DNA from: Vitreimonas sp.
GTDB lineage: Bacteria > Patescibacteriota > Microgenomatia > UBA1400 > PJMF01
NCBI GenBank assembly: GCA_035627515.1
Contig: DASPLQ010000012.1
Coordinates: 391,269-455,268, forward strand
Reading direction: 5' to 3'
DNA length: 64,000 nucleotides
Part shown: one piece after another, positions 49,061 to 59,200 of the stretch
Layout of the letters: every line of letters starts with the position of its first letter
Position numbering within the stretch: the first letter of the stretch is position 1
Notes under the pieces: generated by a model
What the model saw: only the letters and a program-made list of their open reading frames with translations
Databases searched by the model: none
What the model was told of the DNA's origin: nothing
Translations under genes and position numbers: made by a program

Positions 49061-50695
49061 TTATGCAGCGGCTGTATGGGCGTCGGAAGCTTGATAAAGA
49101 TCAACGATCGCATGGTCTTGACCGCTGAGCACTTGGCCTAAACCAACCGATAGTTTTGGTTGTGCGTTGTGTATGTTTTTTTTGTTTGATTGATCAACCT
49201 TTGTTTTAGACAAAGAACCCTTTTTGTCAGAGCTTGCTGAACTGTTCCATTGTTTATTAACCGATGTCCCAGGTACCCAACTACATACATGGCAAGAGGT
49301 ATCACTCAGACCGATCTTTGTGTTGCCACATTGTCGACAGCGTTTGACGGGACACAGCTCGCCGTTCGGCAAGCGTTCAAACAAGCCACTCGAGCCTTTG
49401 CCCATACCATGTTCTACAAAGCCACCAAAGTCAAAGTCGCCGCAGGGGATGACACCCATAATACGTTTGCCAATTGTGGGCAAAGCACCAGATAACGCGC
49501 GGTAGTAAGTATCAGCACTGCCGCCTTTCGTCAAAATATCGTATTTATCAGCTATTTCTTTACCAGGAACCGTCACTTGCCAACCGATGGCATTGCCGAT
49601 GGCGCCAAAGGCTTTTTGCAACCGTTCGGCTCTCCCAAAAGGGGTAGCCAGCAACTCTTTCACAAAAATAGCGAGGATGGCTTGGCGGGCAGTCAATAAA
49701 TCTTGGTTTTGTTTGGCTTGGCGATGGTCGGCTTTAGCGACGCGGGCAAATAACTCAGTATCACCAGCCAGCGCGCCCAACCCAAACAACACATCTCGAG
49801 GATCACTAGCTTTGAGATTATTTTTGCGATCTCGGCTCCAGTCTTCGCCTAAGGTCAGAATGCGCATCATAAACGCCATCTCATTCGTCGGAGAAAAATG
49901 ATCCGTTTGGTCTAAATTTAAAAATGTGTCTACCTGCGTTTGCCAATCTAAAGAATGTAGGTATCCCTTCGTTTCAATCACATAGCGCCAGCCGTCGTGC
50001 GAGTATTTATCTTTGACTGTTGATGGCACTGCAATTACCCGGTAAATATTTAAAAACGAGTCTTTGCCACCGTGAACCTGGTGGGGGGGCATTGCTAAGG
50101 CGTGCCAGTTACCCACCACCCCGGTGGTTTTCTGACCATCTGGCAAAGTCATATCGATGACGGGTAAGTTTTCAGCCAGGCTAGCCAATAGCGGCGGCGC
50201 TAACACTGGATCCGTGGGCAGCACTTCTGCAATGAGTTTTTTGATCTGCTCATACTCCAATCTATATCGCTCGATAGTTGAGTCAGGTGCGCCAATCTTG
50301 ATCGCATTTTCCCAACCGTATTTAGCACGACCAACTACATCTGGGCGCAGTGGATAATCAGGATCTTCCACGGTGAAGCTCCCGGCAGCATCCCAGATCA
50401 CATCATAGTAATCGGTGATCGTAAAAGGATGAACGATAAATTCTTGATGGAACGTCCGCAGTTGTTTTTCCAGTTGGGGACCCAGCGCCACTTTGGCAGC
50501 CTCAACTCCGTGTTTCTTCACCAATGTCTCGAACTCATCAAAGAGATGGGACATGTTGAAGGCTTGCTGAGAGGACTTTTCAGCTGATTTTTGGGATTTG
50601 CTCTCTTTGGAATTTGGAATTTTCCGCGACAAATCAGGCCGTTTCCACAACCACGGTTTAAACCAACGACTCGTTTCTTTGCGTAAAGCTCCCAT
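49061..50695 (-). CDS. Hypothetical protein with a C-terminal Cys4 zinc ribbon, 544 aa
   Basis: CRQCG...CHVC plus upstream PCG and LCP. Alternative start MSHLF. Confidence 0.75.
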   Translation of the reverse strand: MGALRKETSRWFKPWLWKRPDLSRKIPNSKESKSQKSAEKSSQQAFNMSHLFDEFETLVKKHGVEAAKVALGPQLEKQLRTFHQEFIVHPFTITDYYDVIWDAAGSFTVEDPDYPLRPDVVGRAKYGWENAIKIGAPDSTIERYRLEYEQIKKLIAEVLPTDPVLAPPLLASLAENLPVIDMTLPDGQKTTGVVGNWHALAMPPHQVHGGKDSFLNIYRVIAVPSTVKDKYSHDGWRYVIETKGYLHSLDWQTQVDTFLNLDQTDHFSPTNEMAFMMRILTLGEDWSRDRKNNLKASDPRDVLFGLGALAGDTELFARVAKADHRQAKQNQDLLTARQAILAIFVKELLATPFGRAERLQKAFGAIGNAIGWQVTVPGKEIADKYDILTKGGSADTYYRALSGALPTIGKRIMGVIPCGDFDFGGFVEHGMGKGSSGLFERLPNGELCPVKRCRQCGNTKIGLSDTSCHVCSWVPGTSVNKQWNSSASSDKKGSLSKTKVDQSNKKNIHNAQPKLSVGLGQVLSGQDHAIVDLYQASDAHTAAA

Positions 50696-50790
50696 ATGCT
50701 CGTCGGTGCGAGCACTGGACGGTAAAATAAAAAAGGTCCGATGCTCGCGGTACTCCCAGCGCTAGTGTGTGAACACGAGACAGGCTGGGC

Positions 50791-50904
50791 CTCCTTGAAG
50801 ATCGGACTTACTGGTAGGTGGCACTCACTCAACACGAGCCCATTTTTTCTACCAGATCACCGTTGCGGCACAGTTCCGGGTTTTCACCGGATTCCACAAG
50901 TAGG
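50791..50904 (-). ncRNA. Cobalamin riboswitch-like aptamer (variant)
   Basis: Minus strand GTGGAATCCGGTGAAAACCCGGAACTGTGCCGCAACGGTGA-[CTGGTAG...CTACCAG]-TAAGTCCGA matches the cobalamin core GGGAA-P4 T-loop-CTG..CGCAnCGGT...AAGnCCGA. Confidence 0.8.
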
Positions 50905-50994
50905 ATTTGTCGGATACACTCATAGTTGTATCACTATAGTAGTAATAACACACCCTTGCGTAAAAGGCCAGTGGATCACTACAATGGATTTATT

Positions 50995-53900
50995 ATGGCT
51001 GAAACTGCATTAATGATTACTGGTCAAGTTGTTGAAAATAAAGATAAAAAACGCTTTGAAATACCTAAATGGAGTGATCTTTTACAAAGAAAGGGAATTC
51101 TGGGTTCAGTAGCACGGTTAACAGAAAAAGTCAGAACTTTCTTTTCTCGAGAACGCAAAGACAAAGAACTGCCCAAAGCTACTCCCACAACTGAAGCTCG
51201 AGCAAAGTTAAATAATGCTGGCTACTGGGCAATTTTGGTAGAAGCACAAAAAGCTCGTAATGAAGACAAACCTGTCACTAAAGACCTTCCTATTTTAGAT
51301 GGTCAAAATCCAAATCCTGATTTAGTGGCCGCTCATATCATTCAACAAATTTGTGAGGCAGCTTATAAAGGTAATAATATAAATTTCGAAGACACCTTTG
51401 CGGCACAAACAATTAAAGAGTATTTAACAGCCAATAATAAAACAATCTACGAATATTTAGCTGAAAATGGTTATCCAATTACTAAGCTTGCGGATACTAT
51501 TGCGGCTTTGGCTAGCGAAGCAGCTGGAAATGAAGTTCCGGAAAACCAACAAGAAACTACAACCCCTGCTCCGGAGGTAATTGATGCTAATGTGGCTGCC
51601 GAGCGCGAAAAGTTTAAAGCTAAAATCTTTAATAACACACCTACACCAACTTCATATTGGAACTTGTTCAAGCGAGCCCACAACACACATCTCATAGGCA
51701 AAATTGACTGGGTTTATACCCCAGCTATTAACACAGACAACCCCGACATGGCTGATGTAGCAGCACGGTTAATTTTAGCTAAGTTAACAAACAATGATGC
51801 TCTGAAGAAGACTGCTTATGATGAATTAGCAAACTATTTGAAATTTACCGTTAACAAAGATAAAACAGTTCAAGAAAGAGCTCAAATCACCATTTCTGAT
51901 ACTGACATCGACGCCTTTATCGAACAAGGTGGTTATAAAGATGAGCTTATTAACCAAATCGTCGAGCAAGTTAAAAAAGAGGCTGAGGTTAAATCTGAAC
52001 AAATTCGCTTCAAGATTGAAAACTCTTCACATTGGCCAAAAATTCAAGCCAATATTGATACCAACAAACCACTCAATGAGGGTTTGGCTATGGATGCAGA
52101 TCCTACTGCGACGTCACTCGATGACGCAGTCGTGATGGCCATGAGTTACATCGAGGGTAGTAATCCCAGTTATGGCACGATCAAAGAGGGGTTGAAGTTG
52201 CATGACATGGATGATGAAGCGACATTGCGTCGTCTAGCAGCGGAGTGGAAGAAAGAGCGTCAAGAAAAATACATCAAAGCCAGATTAGAAGTTGCTCGCG
52301 CTCGGTTAAGTGACTTGGGTTACTGGAAATTAATTGATCAACGCAGAGCTTTTAAGACTCCAAGTGAGGAACAAAAGAATTCCGACGAATACAAAGCATA
52401 TGCCAAAGAACTTCAGGATTTGAAAACAGCGTTCGCAGAAAAGAAAGCCACTCCTGAGCAAGTCTTAATTTTAGTCTTGTTAGGCGAAGTCCCCTATCGC
52501 AAACGCGAAGTGAAACAAGCCTTGGATGCCGCTGATTATCCTGAGGATGTCATCATCTTGTTGGGTAAAGAAGCTGGAGTGACGATTGATCGCCAACCTC
52601 TGTGGAAAGCCGCCATTAATGGTACTTCAGTTGAAGACTTAGCTGATAAATATGGTATGGATCCTGAGGAAGTAAGAAGGCATTTACGGAGTAAGGTACC
52701 TGCTAACGGTTTGTTGATGTTTGGTGGCAGTTTGGCCTTCAGAGCTGGTTTGACTGGAGCGGCTGGTCTTAATCCTTTGGTGTCTGGAGCTGCCGCTGGA
52801 ATAGCAGTTGATGCTTATCGCGTTGCAGCTGGTGGAGCAGATGTTTTCTTCGATAATGCAGCTCAAAATACCAGTGCAGCTTTATTTGGTGGTAAGGATG
52901 AATCGTTAACTGAGCGCATTCGTAATGAGCGCCGATCGGGCATTGGTGGTGCAGCGATGTGGGCACTACGCAAGCTTGGTATTTTATTCAACGCCCCAGG
53001 TAGTGCTTTGACTCAGGTGGTAATTGGTGTAACACGCCACCGAGCTGAAGCTTCAAACTTAATAGATAAGATGGGCATTTCAGTTGATCAACAAACAAAA
53101 GATATTGACTCAATTCAATTAGAAACCATTGTTAAAGAAGCCATTAATAGCGGCAATTTCCGTCAGGTGCAAAAGCTGGCTAATGAACTTGCTACTTTGG
53201 CCCGCTATCAATATGGAGCATCAGACGTTTATGGTGAGACAGGCAGTCGGCCGAACAAAGAAGCTAATGGTCTTTTAGATCGGTTTAGACATTATGTGAA
53301 CCCTGAGCATGGTGCAGAGCAATTAGCCCAGCTTCATGAAAAATTAGTTGCCACAGTGGACAAACTTCTGGATGAAAGTCCCAAAATTCAGACGATGCGC
53401 GAACATCGAGCAGCCAACACACTGACTGCAGAAGATATGCCACGCTTGGCTTTAGAAAATGAGTGGAAACGCACTAAAGATCGTGCCAAGACTATAGGTG
53501 TGTTAGCCTTGGGAACCGCAGTTGTCTTCAGAACAGTCACCAACGTAGCTAGTGGAATGGCATTTGTAGAAGCTGGTAAAGTTGCAGTAGATTTAGGTCG
53601 TGATGTGGTTCGAGGTATTGGCTATGTGGCAGAGCGAGGCATTGATGCTTTGCGAGGTCGTAATGAAGCTGAAGCCTTCAATCCCGCTTTAGATGGTATG
53701 AGAGTCCAAACCGGTGTTCGCCAAGGCGTGGAAGCAGCTCGTAACCAACCACCAGCCCCTGGTAGTTGGGCCGCTGCGCGTGAAATTTTGAATAATGCTC
53801 GTCCAGGTCGCAGCATAATCGAGGACGCAAACATCAAACCTGATGGCGGCATGTTGTGGACACACTATCAAAATATGGGGCTTCCCGGCCGAGGTGTGAA

Positions 53901-54234
53901 TGTGGCCAATGATGTTACTCAAGCAGTTAACAAAGTTATTAACCCTGACTGGAGTGCAAATGCAATTGGCCCACGTCAAACCTTTGATTTCTTAAACCGT
54001 GTACCATCTTCACAAGAACTGCAAGGTATGTCTGGTCAATTCTTATTGAAGCCTGAACAAGCCCAACGCTTAAGTGAAGCTGTCCAAAACTATAATAACT
54101 ATAGTGGTGAAACCAGGACTTTATTGGAAGGTTTATATAAAGGGACCGTGGACACCGACAACTTAGTTAATAACCCAGATGACTTGCAAAAGTTATTAAG
54201 AATCGCAGTAGAAACCAATGGCGCTCAAGTTTAA
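50995..54234 (+). CDS. Large hypothetical helical protein (about 1079 aa) with Gly/Ala-rich hydrophobic segments
   Basis: Long ORF; likely start MAETAL, 9 nt after TACAAT. Confidence 0.8.
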   Translation: MAETALMITGQVVENKDKKRFEIPKWSDLLQRKGILGSVARLTEKVRTFFSRERKDKELPKATPTTEARAKLNNAGYWAILVEAQKARNEDKPVTKDLPILDGQNPNPDLVAAHIIQQICEAAYKGNNINFEDTFAAQTIKEYLTANNKTIYEYLAENGYPITKLADTIAALASEAAGNEVPENQQETTTPAPEVIDANVAAEREKFKAKIFNNTPTPTSYWNLFKRAHNTHLIGKIDWVYTPAINTDNPDMADVAARLILAKLTNNDALKKTAYDELANYLKFTVNKDKTVQERAQITISDTDIDAFIEQGGYKDELINQIVEQVKKEAEVKSEQIRFKIENSSHWPKIQANIDTNKPLNEGLAMDADPTATSLDDAVVMAMSYIEGSNPSYGTIKEGLKLHDMDDEATLRRLAAEWKKERQEKYIKARLEVARARLSDLGYWKLIDQRRAFKTPSEEQKNSDEYKAYAKELQDLKTAFAEKKATPEQVLILVLLGEVPYRKREVKQALDAADYPEDVIILLGKEAGVTIDRQPLWKAAINGTSVEDLADKYGMDPEEVRRHLRSKVPANGLLMFGGSLAFRAGLTGAAGLNPLVSGAAAGIAVDAYRVAAGGADVFFDNAAQNTSAALFGGKDESLTERIRNERRSGIGGAAMWALRKLGILFNAPGSALTQVVIGVTRHRAEASNLIDKMGISVDQQTKDIDSIQLETIVKEAINSGNFRQVQKLANELATLARYQYGASDVYGETGSRPNKEANGLLDRFRHYVNPEHGAEQLAQLHEKLVATVDKLLDESPKIQTMREHRAANTLTAEDMPRLALENEWKRTKDRAKTIGVLALGTAVVFRTVTNVASGMAFVEAGKVAVDLGRDVVRGIGYVAERGIDALRGRNEAEAFNPALDGMRVQTGVRQGVEAARNQPPAPGSWAAAREILNNARPGRSIIEDANIKPDGGMLWTHYQNMGLPGRGVNVANDVTQAVNKVINPDWSANAIGPRQTFDFLNRVPSSQELQGMSGQFLLKPEQAQRLSEAVQNYNNYSGETRTLLEGLYKGTVDTDNLVNNPDDLQKLLRIAVETNGAQV

Positions 54235-54245
54235 GGAGTTAATAC

Positions 54246-54683
54246 ATGTCTACACCTGTCTCTGATCAGTTACTCAAAGTGAATATTAAAACTATTTATG
54301 GTCCAGATCTCAGCAATGAAGGTTTCGAAGTCAATCTGGAAAACATGACAGAAATTAACTTCATGGATTTCCTCGATGAAGAAACTGATGCTCTCAATGA
54401 AGAGCAAATGCAAACTTTGTCAGATCTGTTCTCTCGTGAAGATGCCAAACCTGAGGATTTAGCGCGCATTTTTCGTCTCGCCATCCCAGATTTAGATAAC
54501 AAGTTCAAAACCAAGATGCTTGCTGTCAAAGAAGAACTCATTCGGGCTCGTATCGAGCAACTGGCCGACGAGCTCAAAGAGCCAGAGTTTGCTACCAAAA
54601 TTACAGCCGCTCGCCAGGCTGCAGATGTAGGTCAGTGGTCACAAGTTGAGCAAATTATTGCTGAGTTGAATCAAGAGTTGTAG
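54246..54683 (+). CDS. Small acidic helical protein (DUF5663-like pattern, tentative)
   Basis: SD AAGGAG overlaps the upstream stop; D/E-rich; 'AIPDLD' motif. Confidence 0.75.
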   Translation: MSTPVSDQLLKVNIKTIYGPDLSNEGFEVNLENMTEINFMDFLDEETDALNEEQMQTLSDLFSREDAKPEDLARIFRLAIPDLDNKFKTKMLAVKEELIRARIEQLADELKEPEFATKITAARQAADVGQWSQVEQIIAELNQEL

Positions 54684-54746
54684 GTTTTCTTACCAACAAA
54701 AAATTCAAAGTTAATCTCAAAAGAATAGTTTTCAAACCTGTCAGTT

Positions 54747-56201
54747 CTAAGCTGCAGCTGGTTGAGGCTGAAGGGGTTGTTGCTGCTGCTGAGCCAACTC
54801 TGCTTGTTGTGCAGCTACATCACGTTGCTGACGAGTTAACTCTTGTTGCTGATGGCGACGTTTTTCTTCTTCATCCATGTAGCGGTCATACCCTAAGAAC
54901 CATTCGCGATTACGGGGTCCATATCCACCATGCATACCATTCATATATGACATGCCTCGAGGATCGCCTTTGAAAGCTAGGTACTGGTAGTAAACTTGTT
55001 CGCCAGTATGAGAAATTTCTACTAGGCTACTTAACAAAGATTGTTGACCCGACATCTTAGCAATCATCGAATCACTCATTAAAAAGAGGAGAGCCATACA
55101 ACCAAATAAGGTGGCTTTACCTTTGAGAATATTACCATCTTGGTCACGAAGACCTAAGAAGTTTAAAACATCAAAGCCAGTTTCTTGATCAGTTTCCACT
55201 TTTAAATCAGGCTGCTTGTTTAACTCCACCGCCATTTGTTCACCTTTTTTAGTCGGATCAAAATCTTCGATGCCTAGGGCCTTTGCTTGCTCCATCAGGC
55301 GAGCTACTGCTTGAGAGTCTTCAGGATTAGTTTTTTCTGCTAATTCCTGTAACCACAGCTTGCCTTGCATCTGAGCTTCTTGTTTGGTTTTGTCTGAAAT
55401 AGCAGGGTCACTAAATGTCTCGACTGCAAATGAGACACCTTTTCTGCGTGAATCCATGAAAGCCTCGAGCTTAATGGTTTCAAGTTCTTGTTGGTAGGCA
55501 GCAAAGGCTTCTGGGTTTTGGGTTTTAAGTTGAGCCACTTGTTCAGGAGGTAATAAATTGGGAGCATCGTGATATTGAGCATGATATTCACGAACCGCTT
55601 TTTGAATATTTTCCGTACCCATGTTAGCAACGTTAGTTTGGAACGCTTCGATAGCGCCTTTTTGTTTGACACGATCTTGATAGATTTCATCAACTACAGC
55701 TTTCACAACGTCATTATTGGGGAATTTTTCAGCAATGGCACCCAAATTTCCGTCCTGATCGGCATAGGCAATGATGGTTTTGCGGAGATCATCAGGACCA
55801 GCATTTGCGACTACTTTTTCTCCTAACCGAGTCATTAAATTTTGTTGTTTATCTTGTTTGTCGAGGAACTCAGCATATTGATCAGCTCGCTCTTTGCCAG
55901 ACTTAGGATCAACGATTTGCCCCTGTGTTTCTTGCAAAGGAGCTGGTGTTTGAAGGGCGGCATCAATAGCTTTGTCGATATTGGGATTGGCACTGGGTTC
56001 GGTGGCACGATCCGCACTGGGCTGAGGAGGGCGCAGCAGAGAACGATGGTCAGCCAGGGGAATTGCTCCTACTGTTTTCAAAATGGGGACTTCTGCAGCT
56101 TTATTTTCTTGAGGTTTAAGAGGTAGAGTGCCGATAGGACTTAAGCCATCGGGCTGGCTATTAGGGTTCATTGTAGATATTTGGGGATTTTCAGTAATCA
56201 T
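54747..56201 (-). CDS. Hypothetical helical protein, 484 aa, one TM and a Gln-rich tail
   Basis: Long ORF; ATLFGCMALLFLM hydrophobic segment. Confidence 0.78.
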   Translation of the reverse strand: MITENPQISTMNPNSQPDGLSPIGTLPLKPQENKAAEVPILKTVGAIPLADHRSLLRPPQPSADRATEPSANPNIDKAIDAALQTPAPLQETQGQIVDPKSGKERADQYAEFLDKQDKQQNLMTRLGEKVVANAGPDDLRKTIIAYADQDGNLGAIAEKFPNNDVVKAVVDEIYQDRVKQKGAIEAFQTNVANMGTENIQKAVREYHAQYHDAPNLLPPEQVAQLKTQNPEAFAAYQQELETIKLEAFMDSRRKGVSFAVETFSDPAISDKTKQEAQMQGKLWLQELAEKTNPEDSQAVARLMEQAKALGIEDFDPTKKGEQMAVELNKQPDLKVETDQETGFDVLNFLGLRDQDGNILKGKATLFGCMALLFLMSDSMIAKMSGQQSLLSSLVEISHTGEQVYYQYLAFKGDPRGMSYMNGMHGGYGPRNREWFLGYDRYMDEEEKRRHQQQELTRQQRDVAAQQAELAQQQQQPLQPQPAAA

Positions 56202-56257
56202 TATAGTGTCACTCTACACTACTTCTCGACGTGATTTCAAGGGAAAAATGGTATAAT

Positions 56258-59200
56258 ATGGTCACTGTGTCAAAAGGCCATGAACAAGAACAAGTTAATA
56301 TCAGCGAAATCTCGCAAAGGCAGCGTGATGTAATTGATATTTCTAAGTACTTAGATACAGCTCCTCAATCTCAAGTTAAACCCGTCATGGCAACACTTCG
56401 TGAAGTCATGAAAGGCGATGGGATTTCGTATGCTGAAAAGTTGAGATTAATGGTTCGAGAACTATCTGGAGTGTTAAAAAGAACTGATGCTAAGAAGCGT
56501 GAAGCCTTGCTTAAAATTGAAAATGATATTTTACATGAGCTAGGCACCATTGCTTTTGACATTGATCTTGAGGATGATCAAGATAAACAACTGGTGTTAC
56601 TTCAACAATACGCGGAGTACGTTTACGTGATGGAAGAAGTAATTGTTCCTGCCTTAAAGCAAGAAACAGCTGTTGATAATGCCTTATTGGCTCAGAAAAA
56701 AACCGGTGAGACAGACCTTTTAACAACAGTAGCTGAGAATCCACCAGAGGCTACTGATGACCCTGCGATATGGAATGCAGCTATTACTCAAGTCACCGAA
56801 AGAATTACTAAATTCCATGAGACCTTGCAAAAGGTATTAAATGCCCCCGATAGAAGAGTTGCTTTGGAAGAGCATTCAGATGCCTTGATTGAGTTACAGT
56901 ATGAAGCACAGAACGCCATTAGTTTTATTTTGTTGTCTAATGTCATCCAATCTACTCCAGACAGAGATAAACAAATAAATAATTTAAACAAGGCCTTTGA
57001 GGGGTTAAAACAAAGCTTTGAAAAGTTAAGAAGTGAAAGAGTCACTGCTGAACAAGCAGTTACTGGTCGAGACAAATCAAGTGTGGAAGACTGGGAAAAA
57101 AATCCAGAATTACATCCTGATGCGGCTAAAAATGTAAGACGAGCAATTGTTGCTGCTCAACCTAATCTTGAAAGCTTAGTAACTAAAAAACCTCAGGCAA
57201 AATGGTCCCCCAAACAGTTTGATGAACGAATCGATCTAATTGATCAAGTTGAGGCCCAGCTTCAGAGACCAGCTCAAAGATTGTTGGTTACCATTGAAGC
57301 ATATCAAACGGCTCCAGAGCCCCACCCTGATAAAAAGGCCAGCAACACTGAAAAAGCTAATTTCTTACAATGGCATTATTATGATAATCCCGCCTCTGGA
57401 GAAAAAGGTAAACCCAAATTTGAAGAAATGGGTGTAGGAGTAATTCTTAAGTTTTTGAGTGAAATGCGTCAATACACGTGGGAAATGAAAGCTGAAAAAC
57501 GTTTCCCTGAATTAATGAAAGATATTAGTCGATTTGTAGATCGTGAAAAAGAGCCGAAGCCACCTAAGAATGTGGCTGAAGTAGGTGGTTATTATCTTCA
57601 GTTACAAAAAGATATCACTGACCTGAGACAACTTTTAGATGCAGCTATTACTGTAGTTCAAGAAGACGATAAAATCCAACCTGAAGAAAAAGAGTTCTTA
57701 TTGAAAAACCTTTTTGAAAAATATGATCAAGAGCTTAATCGTCGGATTGAAAAAATTTATGCCTTTTGGACGGGAAAAACCGGCGAAGAGTTTAATATTG
57801 AAATCTTGTATCCTGAACTTACTGAGCTAAGAAAAAACGCTAAAAAATGGAAGAGTGAACATGGTCATGAAAGTAAAAATGCTAAGTTATTGGCTGATCT
57901 GATCCCCCGAGCAAGGCATGCCGTCCTCGCTAATCCCACGTATACTTACCCTGGTGATGACGGTCGTTATGGAGCTTTCTTAGATGAGCGCTATTTTGGG
58001 CCAGCAACCGAAGCGTATAAACATATTCACGAAAATATACACCATCCTCATGGTTATGAAAAATTAATTATCGATTTCTTTGAACAGCAGTCTGGCAAAC
58101 ACCATCATCCTGAACTAATAAACGAAGGCTGGCGTGATGCTGCGCCCGAAGTGTTAGCTGATGCTTTGTGGCAATATATTCGTGTGTTTTTGTTTGATAT
58201 TGTGGCCAGTCGGGCTCAAAACAACTTTTTTCCGGTCAAGATTCATCACTTTGAAGTCCCCTTGCATGACCATGATCATAGTCATATGTCGCAAGTCATT
58301 GGTTCTCTGGGCGCATTAGGATCATATTTTAAGTTGCATGGTGAAGCAGAAAAAGGACAAAAGTTGATTGAGGCTGAAGGTCGGATGTTCTTGGACTGTA
58401 GTCAAATTGAGTTTGTGATGAATTTTGGTCATGATCTCTTTAGCAAATCTAAAGACATGGAAGGCATTAAAAAGTTACTGGGTAGTAATGCCTATGATAA
58501 AGATGATTTAGAGCGGATGTTTATTATTGGGAGAGACTTTGAAACCGGAGTCTACACAGGAACCAGAATAGGTAGAGCTTGGCAAGCAGTTTATGCCATG
58601 AATGAACCAGTTATTCATGAAATTGCGTTAAGATCTGGGGAACTTAAGAACGTAGGAGATCCTACAACTCACTTGCGTTTTGTACGAAATGTTAAAGAAA
58701 AGAATGCATTAGCCTTTTTCCCATGGGAAGATGTTAATAAAAATCCTGAAAAAACTCAGTTAGCATATGTAAAAAGCGTTTTAATTCAAATTATTGCCGG
58801 TTCTGAAGAAGAACCCCCTTGGATGATTAGCAAGAACTATGAAGAAAGAATGAAGTTTTCGCAAAATTATTTGCAATGGCGATTGTTTGGTGACTATGAT
58901 TCCAGTAAACCTCTAAATGAACAAGGCAAAGACATAAGAGGAATTATGGATGGCAGTGTCCCTCGAGGTGGAGATCAGAAAAAGCCACACGAACGAAGTT
59001 TGTGGGCGCGTTTTCTAGCAGCCGGCGGTAAAGTGGGCACAAAAACTACAGATAGAAATATTTCACTAGGAGATGGGGCACCGTCTGAATTTTTAACGGC
59101 TGAAGAAGACACATTAAGAGACAAAGGTTTCTTAGCCCAGAAAGTGGCTACTAACTTCTATTACATTAGTATGGATCATGCTCGAGCTTCTGGGGGTGGC

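Noticed and set aside
50926-50994. ORF-track N-terminal extension of the large protein
   Set aside because: The TTG start lies in the divergent promoter region; ATG 50995 after TACAAT is more plausible.
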